A stretch of 64,000 bases of DNA from Bacteroidales bacterium (GTDB taxonomy: Bacteria > Bacteroidota > Bacteroidia > Bacteroidales > DTU049): assembly GCA_026418905.1 (NCBI GenBank), contig JAOAAK010000028.1, forward strand, positions 6,433 through 70,432, given 5' to 3'. Position 1 is the stretch's first letter. The number at the start of each line of letters is the position of its first letter. The position numbers and the translations under genes were made by a program. The notes under the pieces were generated by a model. That model saw nothing but the letters and a program-made list of their open reading frames with translations. It searched no databases and had not been told where the DNA came from. This document shows positions 37,924 through 48,312 of this stretch, one piece after another.

Positions 37924-40848
37924 TCAGTTTTCTAAAAGTCCGATCAATTCATCGTAACTAAATAAGGGATAAGTTTTATCATCATTAAGATATTTATCGA
38001 ATAATGCTTTCTTTTCTTTTTGTAATTCGACGATTTTTTCTTCAATAGTGTTTTTGGTAATAAATTTATAAGCAATGATGTTTTTATCTTGCCCGATGCG
38101 ATGTGTGCGGTTAATAGCCTGATTCTCTACGGCTGGATTCCACCATGGATCAAGCATAAAGACATAGTCTGCGGCTGTTAGATTGAGTCCAAAGCCGCCA
38201 GCTTTGAGCGACATGAAAAACAAAGGTATTTCACCTGTTTGGAACAACTCCACCATTTTACCTCTTTGTTGCGAAGGTGTTTGACCGGTAAGAAGCAAGT
38301 ACCTAATATCTTGCTTTTCAAAATATGATGTGTAAATCTGAAGATGCTTTACAAATTGGCTGAATATGATAATTCGATGATTTTCTTCCAGTGCTTTTTT
38401 GATATGTTCGACAACCTGTACAAATTTACCTGATTCGCCCTGAAAACTTTTATCGACAATAGTAGGGTGATTAGCAATAAGACGAAGCTTCATTAACCCC
38501 GACAAAACAATCATATAAGTTTTATTTCTTATGAGTGAGTTTTTGTTTTCTAATAAATAATTACGAATCTCTGACTTACGAATTTCGTAAACTTTCTCTT
38601 GCTCTTCTGTCATCATGCAATAATGGATTTTTTCTGTCAGGGGAGGCAGCTCTGGAGCAACTTGTTCTTTGGAACGCCGTAAGACAAATGGTCTAATTGT
38701 CTTTTTAATGCGGTCTTCTTTTTCAGGATCCGTCGAAAAATAGTGTTTGAATGTTTGGAGATCACCCAACATGCCAGGATTAACAAAATTGAGCTGTGCC
38801 CATAAATCAAGAATCTTGTTTTCGATCGGAGTGCCGGTTAGAACAAAACGAGCTCTTGCTTTTAACTTCAAAACACTTGCATAAATCTTGCTAGTAGGAT
38901 TTTTGATGTACTGGCTTTCATCCAAAATTACAAAAAGCCATGGGATATTAGCTAATAATTCGATGTCATTTCTGAGCGTTCCATATGTAGTTAGAACGAT
39001 ATCTTGACAAGTCAAAAAAGGAATTAATTGATGCCTTTCTACACCTGCATAAACAACATATTTGAGACCAGAAGTAGATGAATTTATTTCATGCACCCAA
39101 TTATGAACAATGGAGAGCGGAACGACGATCAATGATGGATATGAGGAATGCTCTTCTAACAACGAATTCTGGTGTTTAAACGGCAAATCTTTCCAATTGC
39201 CATCTTCAATATCTTTCTTTACCTTTGAGAGAAAGGCCAATACTTGAATTGTTTTTCCAAGTCCCATGTCATCGCTTAAACATCCACCTAATCTTTCCGA
39301 TGCTAAAAAGTAAAACCAACTCATTCCATACAACTGATAAGGTCTCAAAGTTTTTTTTAATGAAGAAGGAGCAGATAAAATTGGTATATGGGAAAAGTCA
39401 ACCCTAGACTTTATCATCAATCCGCTATTTTCGTCTTCTAGACTTATAAGAAGATTTACATTGGATTTGGTAATCTCAATGACGTTGTCTTTTTTAACCT
39501 TTCCAAGCAAGAAAACATCTTTAAATTTTGAAAACCATGCCGCTGGTATAACGAAAACCCTACCGTCAGGCAATATGTATTCTCGTTCATTATTCAAAAT
39601 ATTTTTTCGCAAGGCAGTGAACGGTATCCACGTATCATCATCTAACTTAATAATCATGTGAAGATCAAACCAATCATGAAATTTCTTAATATCTTGCTTT
39701 AATTCAATACTCTTCCAGTAGTAAGATTTTTCAAAAGCTGATACAATAGCAACATTTTTTTCTTCAAGTATTGGAAAAATCTGATTGATATAATTGATAA
39801 GCTCATGTAAAAAATCTATAGAAAAATAATTTTCATGTTTTAAGCGAAGTTCAACGGGTAAGAATTCATTTGCCTGGATTCTTTCTAAGCCAATTTCCTC
39901 CAACCAGGCAATCATTTTTTTTTCATATTGAAAATCCCTTTCAATAACCTCGAAAAAATATTCTGAATTCTGTTTTTTAAACCTAACATATCTTCTTTCC
40001 TCATGAAATGGTGAGATATATTGTCCTTGATAATTAAACTGAACAGAAAAAGAATATCCAAAAAAAGGAGATTGATTTAAAAAAAGACAAAGTTGAGGAT
40101 GCTGACGTATGTAATTGACTTTAATTCCAGAAAAGAAGGGGTCGTGATAAAGAAGAATTTTTTTAACAAACTTTTGTAAATATGCATCCACCTGCTTTGA
40201 TGGAACAATAATTTTATCTCGCTCAAGAAAGGGCTGTAGTTTTTTCCCGTCGACATTGGCTTCAACTCTATAAAAAGTTGTGTTGTGAATTATCCAACAT
40301 GGCTCATAATTAAGAATGATTGTATTTCCATTTCGTAAATTAAGATCTTGATCATTATTTTTCAAAGTAAGCTGATATACGAGTTGATTCCCATCATATT
40401 GGAAATAAAAATTTGCCTTTAGAATATTTTTCGAAGGAAAAATTGGCTCATTTTGAATAATATTTTCATATTCACCTCTGTAAAAAAGTGGAATAGAATA
40501 TTCAGACAAGATTTGAATAGCTGCATCCGTTTTTTTCCTTAGGTAACTAACCACATCTTTGAATAATTTTTCATTATCAGGGAGTTGATTGAAAAAGTCA
40601 TACATTTTTACTTGTCCGCGTGTAAAGTGAGAAACTATAAACTCAGGACGGCATTCATACAGAATGCGCACTGCCTCGTATTCAGCATCGGAATATTCTT
40701 GAAGATAGGTGTTAATGTTGTTAGGAGAAATACGAATAGCTCTGTAACTCCAAAGTCCTTTTCTTAAAATCTCTACCGCATATGGTTCAATCATCCACTG
40801 AAAATCAGGATCACGGACGATAGCAAAGACCAGCTTAAAAACGCCCAT
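37924..40848 (-). CDS. SNF2-family helicase with a bacterial SNF2-associated N-terminal region (YwqA/RapA-like)
   Basis: Contains LSDDMGLGKT, the DExx box ILDESQYIKN, LTGTPIEN and helicase-C GGFGLNLTAADYVFMLDPWWNPAVENQAINRTHRIGQ. The start is either the ATG at 40848 or the TTG at 40872. Confidence 0.85.
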   Translation of the reverse strand: MGVFKLVFAIVRDPDFQWMIEPYAVEILRKGLWSYRAIRISPNNINTYLQEYSDAEYEAVRILYECRPEFIVSHFTRGQVKMYDFFNQLPDNEKLFKDVVSYLRKKTDAAIQILSEYSIPLFYRGEYENIIQNEPIFPSKNILKANFYFQYDGNQLVYQLTLKNNDQDLNLRNGNTIILNYEPCWIIHNTTFYRVEANVDGKKLQPFLERDKIIVPSKQVDAYLQKFVKKILLYHDPFFSGIKVNYIRQHPQLCLFLNQSPFFGYSFSVQFNYQGQYISPFHEERRYVRFKKQNSEYFFEVIERDFQYEKKMIAWLEEIGLERIQANEFLPVELRLKHENYFSIDFLHELINYINQIFPILEEKNVAIVSAFEKSYYWKSIELKQDIKKFHDWFDLHMIIKLDDDTWIPFTALRKNILNNEREYILPDGRVFVIPAAWFSKFKDVFLLGKVKKDNVIEITKSNVNLLISLEDENSGLMIKSRVDFSHIPILSAPSSLKKTLRPYQLYGMSWFYFLASERLGGCLSDDMGLGKTIQVLAFLSKVKKDIEDGNWKDLPFKHQNSLLEEHSSYPSLIVVPLSIVHNWVHEINSSTSGLKYVVYAGVERHQLIPFLTCQDIVLTTYGTLRNDIELLANIPWLFVILDESQYIKNPTSKIYASVLKLKARARFVLTGTPIENKILDLWAQLNFVNPGMLGDLQTFKHYFSTDPEKEDRIKKTIRPFVLRRSKEQVAPELPPLTEKIHYCMMTEEQEKVYEIRKSEIRNYLLENKNSLIRNKTYMIVLSGLMKLRLIANHPTIVDKSFQGESGKFVQVVEHIKKALEENHRIIIFSQFVKHLQIYTSYFEKQDIRYLLLTGQTPSQQRGKMVELFQTGEIPLFFMSLKAGGFGLNLTAADYVFMLDPWWNPAVENQAINRTHRIGQDKNIIAYKFITKNTIEEKIVELQKEKKALFDKYLNDDKTYPLFSYDELIGLLEN

Positions 40849-40900
40849 AACGGACTTCTCATTTTTCTGCAAAAATAAGTCTTAATTATTAGAAAAACTC

Positions 40901-43636
40901 CTACTTTACAATAGTTATGGTACCATCAAACTTTTTATCATAGCGATGTGGATAAAGTATAAAATAATAGGTTCCTGCACTCACCTCACTGCCATCCCAA
41001 TCATTCTTGTATGGAGAAGCGAAATATATCAATTTACCCCAGCGATTATAAATAAACAGTTCAGATTTAGGATAATTTTCTATATTTCGAATTACAAAAT
41101 AATCGTTAAAACCATCTCCATTTGGAGTAATAACATTGGGCACCGTCAAGATATCATCAATCACTACCACCGGTTTAATAATAGTATCCATACACCCATA
41201 TTCGTTAATTGCAATTAACATTACGTAATATGTCCCTTCAGAAGAAAAGGAATGAGATGGATTGGTTTCCGTACTAGTATTGTTGGAAGAAAGACTATCA
41301 CCAAAATACCATGTAAGCAAAGTATAGCCCTGACTCAGATTATTAAAATAAACTGTAAACGACGGATCCTGCATAGAATAAATCGTATCTGGTATGGCAT
41401 TGAAATCAGCTAAGGGTGACGGATAAACAGTTATCACATCATTTAAGTACAAAATAGAATCACAATCATGTTCATTCGTTACAGTTAAAATCACATCGTA
41501 CACTCCTGGTTGTGTATACACATGAGTTGTGGTCTGAAGGGTATCATAAGCTCCGTCGCCAAAAGACCAATGATAAGCAATGGTAGGTGAATGAGTTTCT
41601 GTAAATGTTACCACCAAAGGAGCACAACCTTCCTGTGGTGTGATTAAAGCAGAAGCAGGTGGCTTCGGATAAAGCTCAATGAGCACGATTGAATCTTTTG
41701 CCGTACATCCAAAAGTATCTGTTACCAATAAGATATATTTTCCTGCAGGTATTCCAATGTTATTCTGCGTTGTAGCTCCATTAGGTATCCAATAATAAGA
41801 GTATCCTGGTGTTCCACCTGTCACTGTAGCATAGATAGCACCTGTAGAATCATTCTCACATCTTACATCTTCTTTGCTTAGTTGAATGAAAATGGCCGGA
41901 TTATCAATAACTTGCACTTCATCGTATAACGTACAGCCACCTCCATCTGTGACTGTTACTGCATAATACCCTGCCGTACCCACAATACTGTCAGAACTCC
42001 ATGGATGTGAATCAGTCACACCAGTTGACCAGACAAAGGTATAAGGAGGGGCTCCATGATTAGCTTGCGCTATGATGACCCCAGAACTATCACCATAACA
42101 AATGACGGTATCACCAACAATAGACATAGTCATGAAAGGACCACTCTGCAAATGAACAGGAGGAAAACTATGTGTACCAAAACAACATAACTCCCATGTT
42201 TCATTAAACCAAGTCAAGGGGATGTACCCGAGTGGAATATTTAAACTAAACAATGGCCCAATGGTAATGGTAAAATCCTCAGGGAAAACGGGATTTATGG
42301 GAACCTCCACTGGATTAAAGCAAATTTGTTGATCCGAATTTTCAGGATGTTCCACACACAAAGGAGGAACATTGAAAAAGGGTAATGGAGCAAGAAAAGG
42401 AATATTTAAAGTGAAAGTGAAAGCATCTAGCGAAAAAGAAAAAGCTAAGCTATCCCACGTGTGATTAGTAAATTCATTATCCATCCAATGACGAACAGGA
42501 GGGTTAAACTGACTCACACCAAAGCAAGGCCATTTAATGTATAAAATGTTGCCTACTTTAAAAACTATGGTATCGTTGGTTCCTATTTGCACTGTATCTC
42601 CCGTTGAAGGATTAAATTCAAAGTAATCGAGTGGTTGAGGAAAAACAAGTTCAGTATAAATTGTAGGACAAAATGTAAAATCTTGATGAAGGTAATTGTT
42701 CATAGAAAGCAACACGTTGGACAATATCTCATAGCTTAAAGTTATCCCCGAACCTAAATTAATGGTACTAGAGTTATAAGATAAAAGTTGCTGTATAGCC
42801 GGACCAGTTGGAGGAGGTAAAATATCTCCCATAAATCCAAGAAATGTCAATATATCCAACGAAAGCGTTAGGTAGTAATCTTGACCCTTTGCATACAAGC
42901 ATTTATCACTACCAAGATAATCAGTGGTTTCAATATATGGTATGTCGGCGAAAAGATTTAATCCTATCCCCCCAATGTTATTCAAAACAAGCGGAACCAC
43001 TTGACTTTGACATATAGCAGGTTGACCATTTTGAAAACACGGATAGATCGAATTACCGGTAATGGTATTAACTTCAAAAATGGTCATGGAATCGTCGGGA
43101 ACAGAAATATCAAGTAAAGAAATGTTGGTACAACCCACAAAACAAATCTGACCAATAGCCTCCACACTTAATCCAAAATCAAGATCAAGATTAACAACTC
43201 CAGTCTCAGGAAAATGAGTAGTTAAATCCCATCCTGGTAAAACTGTATAGTCAGAGTATATAGGAAAATACTGCCCTGGCACTGGCGTGCCGGGAGATGG
43301 AAAGGTAAGTTGTATGTCCACAGGATAAGATACGTCTACACTCCCAGAACTAAAACCGTACAAAGAAAAATCACTCCCTATCATCAAATAAGTATTAATG
43401 TCAATTTCAGCTCCAAAATCTCCAAGTAAAGTATGCTCAATTTGCCCAATGCTTGTAGATTCATTGAGTTCATATTGAAAAATAGGTTGGTTGATGTTAA
43501 GTGTCCACGTAGACCCATTGGGGCCCCACATGTATTGATTGGTCGTAGCCCAATTGATTTGATGATGGACATCAAATGTCTGCCCCTTTAACAAAAAAAA
43601 GCACGTAATTAGCAATATCCCCCCTTTCAGTTTCAT
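40901..43636 (-). CDS. T9SS type B C-terminal-domain cargo: unknown ~470-aa N-terminal region, 2 SprB repeats, 2 PKD domains and a gliding-motility-associated CTD
   Basis: SprB-type repeats (CYGDSSG...GGAPPYTFVWS; CENDSTG...GGTPGYSYYW), PKD motifs (WSFGDG, WYFGDS) and the type B CTD VPNVITPNGDGFNDYFVIRNIENYP...IYNRWG...Y.NDWDG. Confidence 0.8.
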   Translation of the reverse strand: MKLKGGILLITCFFLLKGQTFDVHHQINWATTNQYMWGPNGSTWTLNINQPIFQYELNESTSIGQIEHTLLGDFGAEIDINTYLMIGSDFSLYGFSSGSVDVSYPVDIQLTFPSPGTPVPGQYFPIYSDYTVLPGWDLTTHFPETGVVNLDLDFGLSVEAIGQICFVGCTNISLLDISVPDDSMTIFEVNTITGNSIYPCFQNGQPAICQSQVVPLVLNNIGGIGLNLFADIPYIETTDYLGSDKCLYAKGQDYYLTLSLDILTFLGFMGDILPPPTGPAIQQLLSYNSSTINLGSGITLSYEILSNVLLSMNNYLHQDFTFCPTIYTELVFPQPLDYFEFNPSTGDTVQIGTNDTIVFKVGNILYIKWPCFGVSQFNPPVRHWMDNEFTNHTWDSLAFSFSLDAFTFTLNIPFLAPLPFFNVPPLCVEHPENSDQQICFNPVEVPINPVFPEDFTITIGPLFSLNIPLGYIPLTWFNETWELCCFGTHSFPPVHLQSGPFMTMSIVGDTVICYGDSSGVIIAQANHGAPPYTFVWSTGVTDSHPWSSDSIVGTAGYYAVTVTDGGGCTLYDEVQVIDNPAIFIQLSKEDVRCENDSTGAIYATVTGGTPGYSYYWIPNGATTQNNIGIPAGKYILLVTDTFGCTAKDSIVLIELYPKPPASALITPQEGCAPLVVTFTETHSPTIAYHWSFGDGAYDTLQTTTHVYTQPGVYDVILTVTNEHDCDSILYLNDVITVYPSPLADFNAIPDTIYSMQDPSFTVYFNNLSQGYTLLTWYFGDSLSSNNTSTETNPSHSFSSEGTYYVMLIAINEYGCMDTIIKPVVVIDDILTVPNVITPNGDGFNDYFVIRNIENYPKSELFIYNRWGKLIYFASPYKNDWDGSEVSAGTYYFILYPHRYDKKFDGTITIVK

Positions 43637-43647
43637 AATATTTATAA

Positions 43648-44112
43648 TTATTTTGACCTCAAAGATTGTATGGAGTTAAAGACAGTTTCTTTAAGCATTT
43701 TGTACGACAAAGATGGCATCGTAACACTGATATAACATGTAAAGTTATTTTTTCCAGCAATAGCAAGAATTCGTATTATTTCTTGTGGTTGATCACCTTC
43801 TAGGTAAAATTGTGAAACGTAAGCATTTCCAAGAAAACCTTCTTCATTGAATTTTAATGGTACACTTTCAATTAAATTGAGTGAATTCTTGGTCAATTGC
43901 GAGGTACTAAATCCTTCTATGGCTTTCTGGGCATTTAAGCCGGGAATTTCTTTAAGTTGGAAAACAGCACCTGCACTAGAACTTTTATATACGATTTCAT
44001 CAGGAGAAGTTGATACCAATTCAAAACTCTCAGGAGGTGTAAATATCACAAGCTGTTGAGTCCAAATCATTATCCCCCCTAGGAAACCTGCCAAAAAACC
44101 AATTATTTTCAT
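43648..44112 (-). CDS. Small hypothetical protein with one N-terminal TM/signal segment, encoded first in the operon with the type B CTD cargo
   Basis: A 154-aa ORF lies 11 nt upstream of the cargo gene, is preceded by a -7 box, and has no motif I recognise. Confidence 0.5.
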   Translation of the reverse strand: MKIIGFLAGFLGGIMIWTQQLVIFTPPESFELVSTSPDEIVYKSSSAGAVFQLKEIPGLNAQKAIEGFSTSQLTKNSLNLIESVPLKFNEEGFLGNAYVSQFYLEGDQPQEIIRILAIAGKNNFTCYISVTMPSLSYKMLKETVFNSIQSLRSK

Positions 44113-44128
44113 AAATTACTGTTTTATG

Positions 44129-44136
44129 CAAAGATA
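44129..44136 (-). promoter_or_regulatory. -7 box TAnnTTTG (tatctttg) for the 43648-44112 / type B cargo operon
   Basis: Exact match on the minus strand. The ATG at 44112 begins 17 nt after the end of the motif. Confidence 0.5.
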
Positions 44137-44221
44137 ATAAAATTTCACGCAAATCAATAATTATCTTTTAATCTCTACACTCAATCACCTATGAAAAAAA
44201 TTCTACTCCAAAAATATTCTC

Positions 44222-46159
44222 TTATCTATGCAACACGATAAAAGGTAAAGAAATGAGAAAATTGTCTTTGTCAGCGATTTGCAAAACATATACACCATTT
44301 TCGAACATCGATGTGTTAATTTTCATGCGAGAATTAGCTTCAAAAGCTTCTGTCGTTCTATAGATTTCTTTTCCATCATGCGAACAAATAACTATCATTA
44401 CTGAAGGAGTAATTGACAGATTACTTTGTAAGAGAATGTAATCATCAGAAGGATTTGGGAATAATAAAAAAGACGGATTTAATTTTTCTTCGAGATTAGC
44501 CCCTTCTCCAATAATAATGTCATCGAGAAACAGATTGTTGCCATAACCACTTATAGCTCTAAAACGGAGCATTACGTTATTCATGTTAGCCCATTGACTT
44601 AATCCTACACGTTCGATACGCCAATCTTCGGGATTTGGATTAAGGTATTGCGAAGTTAAATAGTTAGAAACTGTAGCAAGATCTGGATCTTGCTTTTTCC
44701 AAACATTAGTCCAGCTTTGACCACAGTTGGTACTGACATCAACTTGTAGTAAATCAACATAGTTTGAGTTATATTGTACATGAGCTATTTTAAACGAAAG
44801 TCCCGGATGTGATATTCCAGTAAAATTTAGAGGACCCACATATAAATCATCAATAAACCCTCCTGGCGCAAAATAGAAATTGATGAAAGCTGAACCACCG
44901 TTAGCGTCTTTTCTCATCCACGTACGTCCATCCACATACACGTCCAACATTCCCATATGGTCGGGAGGAAACTTGGAAGAAGAAAAATCTTGTGTATAAG
45001 GAACAGAAATAGAAAAGGGAAATAGATTTATAGCTTTAAAAAATTGATCATTGCTAGATCTATAATCTACATTTCCATTGGGATTCATAACTCTTACAAA
45101 ATATTTGAGATAACCTTCTTCTTGCGAGCTTATTGATGGAAGAGAAATAGTTGCCTGATTCCCTGGTGAAATAGCTTGCACCACGTGAATAGTATCAGAA
45201 ATAATATTTTGAAAACCGTATTCAATATCAAAAAAATTAACATTTTGTAAACCGACATTTTTCACTGTCACATTGGATGAAACTGTGTTGTTACAAGATA
45301 GGGAGGATAACCCTGATATCGAAAAAGCCTGTAAGTCATAAGGAGGCAAAGGAACTTTTTTCCCATGACCTGAAAGTATTTCTTTTTTGGATTCAGAAAC
45401 GAAAGCTACTACTTCCAAGTTAGCTACTTCGGCCAATATGTTTCCATATTGCTGCGGCACTTGATAGACTATCACAGTATCCCAGAAAGTACCTGCAGTG
45501 GTTTGAGGTATTTTAACTCCCCATTGTCCTGTAAGCAAAGTTCGTAATACATGTTTTTGGTAGTACAAACCATCTGGTCCCATCCATGATGGATTAGAAG
45601 AAGCTCCTGCTTGGGGACTTTGAATTTCATCTTGTAGGATAGCTACATTCAAGTAATTTTTGGGATTCGTTGCATTGGCAGTGTAATATACTTCAACCAG
45701 AATGGTAAGAGTTCGTGTGGAATAATTCACATTGACATCTACTGCCACATTAACAGGAGAAGGCGTATTTAAAATCTGATTAGTATAGTTTGCCCACTGT
45801 GTATAAGGAACTAAAATGGTACCTGATAAAAACTCATGTCGATTGATCATCCCGTCAGGATAACCTTGTACTCCGGCTAGCATAGCTAAAGAATCGCCAA
45901 AAGGAGTTCTCAGATCTGGTTCCCCTGGACCAGGATTAGCAAATGGGCCCTGATGAATATTAATGACCCACACCCTTCCAGGATTAGCATTTTTTATTTC
46001 ATCAGATATACGATGCCCAGTAGGACAAACACTGCAATACATCCCCGTAAACTCCTCTAGAATTGCATTTTTGTTCTGAGGAGAAGTACTGACGATGGTC
46101 TGTGAACTCAACGATAAAAAAAAGAAAACAATTACCCAATAAAAAAATATTTTTTTCAT
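44222..46159 (-). CDS. Omp28-related / MAM-like surface protein with a T9SS type A C-terminal domain
   Basis: Signal peptide MKKIFFYWVIVFFFLSLSSQ, the Omp28-like EEFTGMYCSVCPTGH, a jelly-roll-like region (PYTQDFSS...W...) and the tail LFPNPSDDYILLQ...GVYVLQI. The ATG at 46159 is supported by the -7 box position. Confidence 0.65.
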   Translation of the reverse strand: MKKIFFYWVIVFFFLSLSSQTIVSTSPQNKNAILEEFTGMYCSVCPTGHRISDEIKNANPGRVWVINIHQGPFANPGPGEPDLRTPFGDSLAMLAGVQGYPDGMINRHEFLSGTILVPYTQWANYTNQILNTPSPVNVAVDVNVNYSTRTLTILVEVYYTANATNPKNYLNVAILQDEIQSPQAGASSNPSWMGPDGLYYQKHVLRTLLTGQWGVKIPQTTAGTFWDTVIVYQVPQQYGNILAEVANLEVVAFVSESKKEILSGHGKKVPLPPYDLQAFSISGLSSLSCNNTVSSNVTVKNVGLQNVNFFDIEYGFQNIISDTIHVVQAISPGNQATISLPSISSQEEGYLKYFVRVMNPNGNVDYRSSNDQFFKAINLFPFSISVPYTQDFSSSKFPPDHMGMLDVYVDGRTWMRKDANGGSAFINFYFAPGGFIDDLYVGPLNFTGISHPGLSFKIAHVQYNSNYVDLLQVDVSTNCGQSWTNVWKKQDPDLATVSNYLTSQYLNPNPEDWRIERVGLSQWANMNNVMLRFRAISGYGNNLFLDDIIIGEGANLEEKLNPSFLLFPNPSDDYILLQSNLSITPSVMIVICSHDGKEIYRTTEAFEANSRMKINTSMFENGVYVLQIADKDNFLISLPFIVLHR

Positions 46160-46171
46160 AATAGTTTTTAA

Positions 46172-46179
46172 CAAATGTA
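46172..46179 (-). promoter_or_regulatory. -7 box TAnnTTTG (tacatttg) for the Omp28-like gene
   Basis: Exact match on the minus strand. The ATG at 46159 begins 13 nt after the end of the motif. The ORF-track start at 46174 falls inside the motif. Confidence 0.5.
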
Positions 46180-46756
46180 GTAAAAAATTTTAAATACCCT
46201 ATTTTTTTTATCATCATCTTCGATAGAAAAAAACTAAATAATAAGACTTATCGAAACTCGCCTAACTTTCTTCTATATCTCTATTTTTCGCGCCTTTTGC
46301 TATATTTTCTCAAGATATTTGTTAGTTCATATTTTATATTTTCGTTCAAATATCTCTTCCTGTATAAAATAACACTCATCACGAGATAAAAACCCATTAC
46401 ATTTTTTACCGAAGGATAAAAATGACGAAGATCCAAATAGATAATCCAGGAAACAACTTTGCTGCTTTACTGTCATAATCCTTTTTAATTTGAGTTTACT
46501 TAAATGTTTTTTTTCAAAGTTGAAAATTTTTCCAATATGAAGCAAGAATTGGTTTCATTGGTAGATAAGCCTATGCATATATAATAATTTTAAGCCATTC
46601 TCTTCCACAATATTACCTATGACTTATTAAAATCAAAATGCAATTATGGTATACCTTGCATTAAGAATCATTGTATTTAGCGACTCGAGTGCTATTCATC
46701 AAAGGGAAAAATTAATTTATTAAAAAATACTTACTTTGCAGACTAAAAACATTCAT

Positions 46757-48301
46757 ATGTCAATTCGGTCAAAAACGAAAGAATTAAGTGCCCGCATGCG
46801 AAGTGCCAGAGAGGGTGGAGGAAAAAAAGCTGTGGCCAAACAGGTTGCGATGGGCAAACTCACAGCTCGCGAAAGAATTTTGGCCCTTTTAGATCCTGAT
46901 TCCTTTCATGAATATGATCTTTTCGTAGAACATGCGGGTAGGGATTTTGACATGGACAAAAAGTATCTTCCAGGGGATGGTGTAATTACTGGAACGGGAA
47001 CCATCAATGGTTACCCTGTTTGTATCTATGCACAAGACTTTACGGTAGCTGGTGGTTCTTTAGGCTTTATGCATGCTAAGAAAATCACAAAAATCATGGA
47101 TCACGCTTTGAAAATGAAGATGCCCATCATTGGAATTAACGATTCTGGTGGAGCACGTATTCAAGAAGGTGTAAACTCACTAGCTGGCTACGGAGAAATT
47201 TTCTATAGAAATAGTATCGCCTCAGGTGTCATTCCTCAAATTTCAGTGATTTTAGGGCCATGCGCTGGAGGTGCTGTATACAGCCCTGCATTGACCGACT
47301 TTGTTTTTGTTGTTGATAACATATCTAAAATGTTTATTACTGGTCCTGAGGTCATAAAAACAGTCCTTGGAGAAGAAATTTCTATGGAAGAACTTGGAGG
47401 TGCAAGAATACACGCTGAAAAAACTGGTAATGCTCATTTTTACGCACGCACTGAATTTGAATGTTTTATGCAGATTAAAAAATTGCTTTCTTTCATTCCA
47501 TGGAATAACATGAAGAAAGCCGATCCTTTCCCTCCATCTAACCCCAAAAGAGATTATAAAATTGAAAAAATTTTCCCCTCTGATCCTAAGGAGCCTTACG
47601 ATGTTAGGAACATTATCAGAGCCATTGTTGACGATTCTGATTTCTTTGAAGTACAACAATTGTTTGCTCCTAACATCGTAATTGGATTTGCACGTATTGA
47701 AGGTGAAACTGTTGGATTCGTTGCTAATCAACCTCTATACCTTGCAGGTGTTTTGGATGTGGATAGTTCAGATAAAGCTGCACGTTTTATTCGCTTTTGC
47801 GATTCTTTTAACATTCCTATTGTTACCTTGGTGGATCTTCCAGGTTACCTACCTGGAGTGGATCAAGAACATAGCGGGGTCATTCGTCATGGAGCCAAGT
47901 TGCTATATGCTTATAGCGAAGCCACTGTTCCTAAAATTACCGTTATTTTACGAAAAGCTTATGGTGGGGGTTATATAGCCATGGGATCTCGTCACCTAAG
48001 AGCAGATTTCGTATTTGCATGGCCTACTGCTGAAATTGCTGTAATGGGCCCTGAAGGTGCTGCTAATATTATTTTCCGCAACGAAATTCAACAAGCTGAA
48101 AATCCTGAAGAAGTAAGACAGAAAAAAATTCAAGAATACCGCGAAAAATTCGCTAACCCTTATGTAGCAGCAGCTTTTGGGCATATTGATGCAGTCATTG
48201 ATCCTCGAGAGACAAGAAAATTTGTAGCTCATGCTCTAGAAGTTTCTTCACAAAAGAGCGTAAGTAGACCACCTAAAAAACATGGAATTCCACCGTTTTA
48301 A
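46757..48301 (+). CDS. Acyl-CoA carboxyltransferase (methylmalonyl-CoA decarboxylase alpha / propionyl-CoA carboxylase beta / transcarboxylase 12S type)
   Basis: Full-length carboxyl_trans pattern, including GKLTARERI, DFTVAGGSLG, NDSGGARIQEG, GPCAGGAVYSPALTDF and RKAYGGGY. Confidence 0.9.
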   Translation: MSIRSKTKELSARMRSAREGGGKKAVAKQVAMGKLTARERILALLDPDSFHEYDLFVEHAGRDFDMDKKYLPGDGVITGTGTINGYPVCIYAQDFTVAGGSLGFMHAKKITKIMDHALKMKMPIIGINDSGGARIQEGVNSLAGYGEIFYRNSIASGVIPQISVILGPCAGGAVYSPALTDFVFVVDNISKMFITGPEVIKTVLGEEISMEELGGARIHAEKTGNAHFYARTEFECFMQIKKLLSFIPWNNMKKADPFPPSNPKRDYKIEKIFPSDPKEPYDVRNIIRAIVDDSDFFEVQQLFAPNIVIGFARIEGETVGFVANQPLYLAGVLDVDSSDKAARFIRFCDSFNIPIVTLVDLPGYLPGVDQEHSGVIRHGAKLLYAYSEATVPKITVILRKAYGGGYIAMGSRHLRADFVFAWPTAEIAVMGPEGAANIIFRNEIQQAENPEEVRQKKIQEYREKFANPYVAAAFGHIDAVIDPRETRKFVAHALEVSSQKSVSRPPKKHGIPPF

Positions 48302-48312
48302 ATTTTCCGCTC

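Noticed and set aside
37924-40872. The SNF2 helicase as the core of a DISARM/BREX-like defence system, given the neighbouring nuclease-like gene.
   Set aside because: No methyltransferase, DUF1998, PLD or other partner genes are nearby. The nuclease/PLC-like gene is convergent and has a signal peptide, so it is exported. The N-terminal region looks like the common bacterial SNF2-associated (YwqA-type) architecture.
47252-47731. A 159-aa antisense ORF inside the carboxyltransferase gene, and similar antisense or off-frame ORFs inside ftsH (8622-9472), fhs (25689-26722), the OadA-like gene (29104-30276) and others.
   Set aside because: Each lies entirely within a strongly supported conserved gene on the other strand or frame. 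They have low-complexity or Lys/Asn/Phe-rich composition typical of AT-rich noise and no independent start context.
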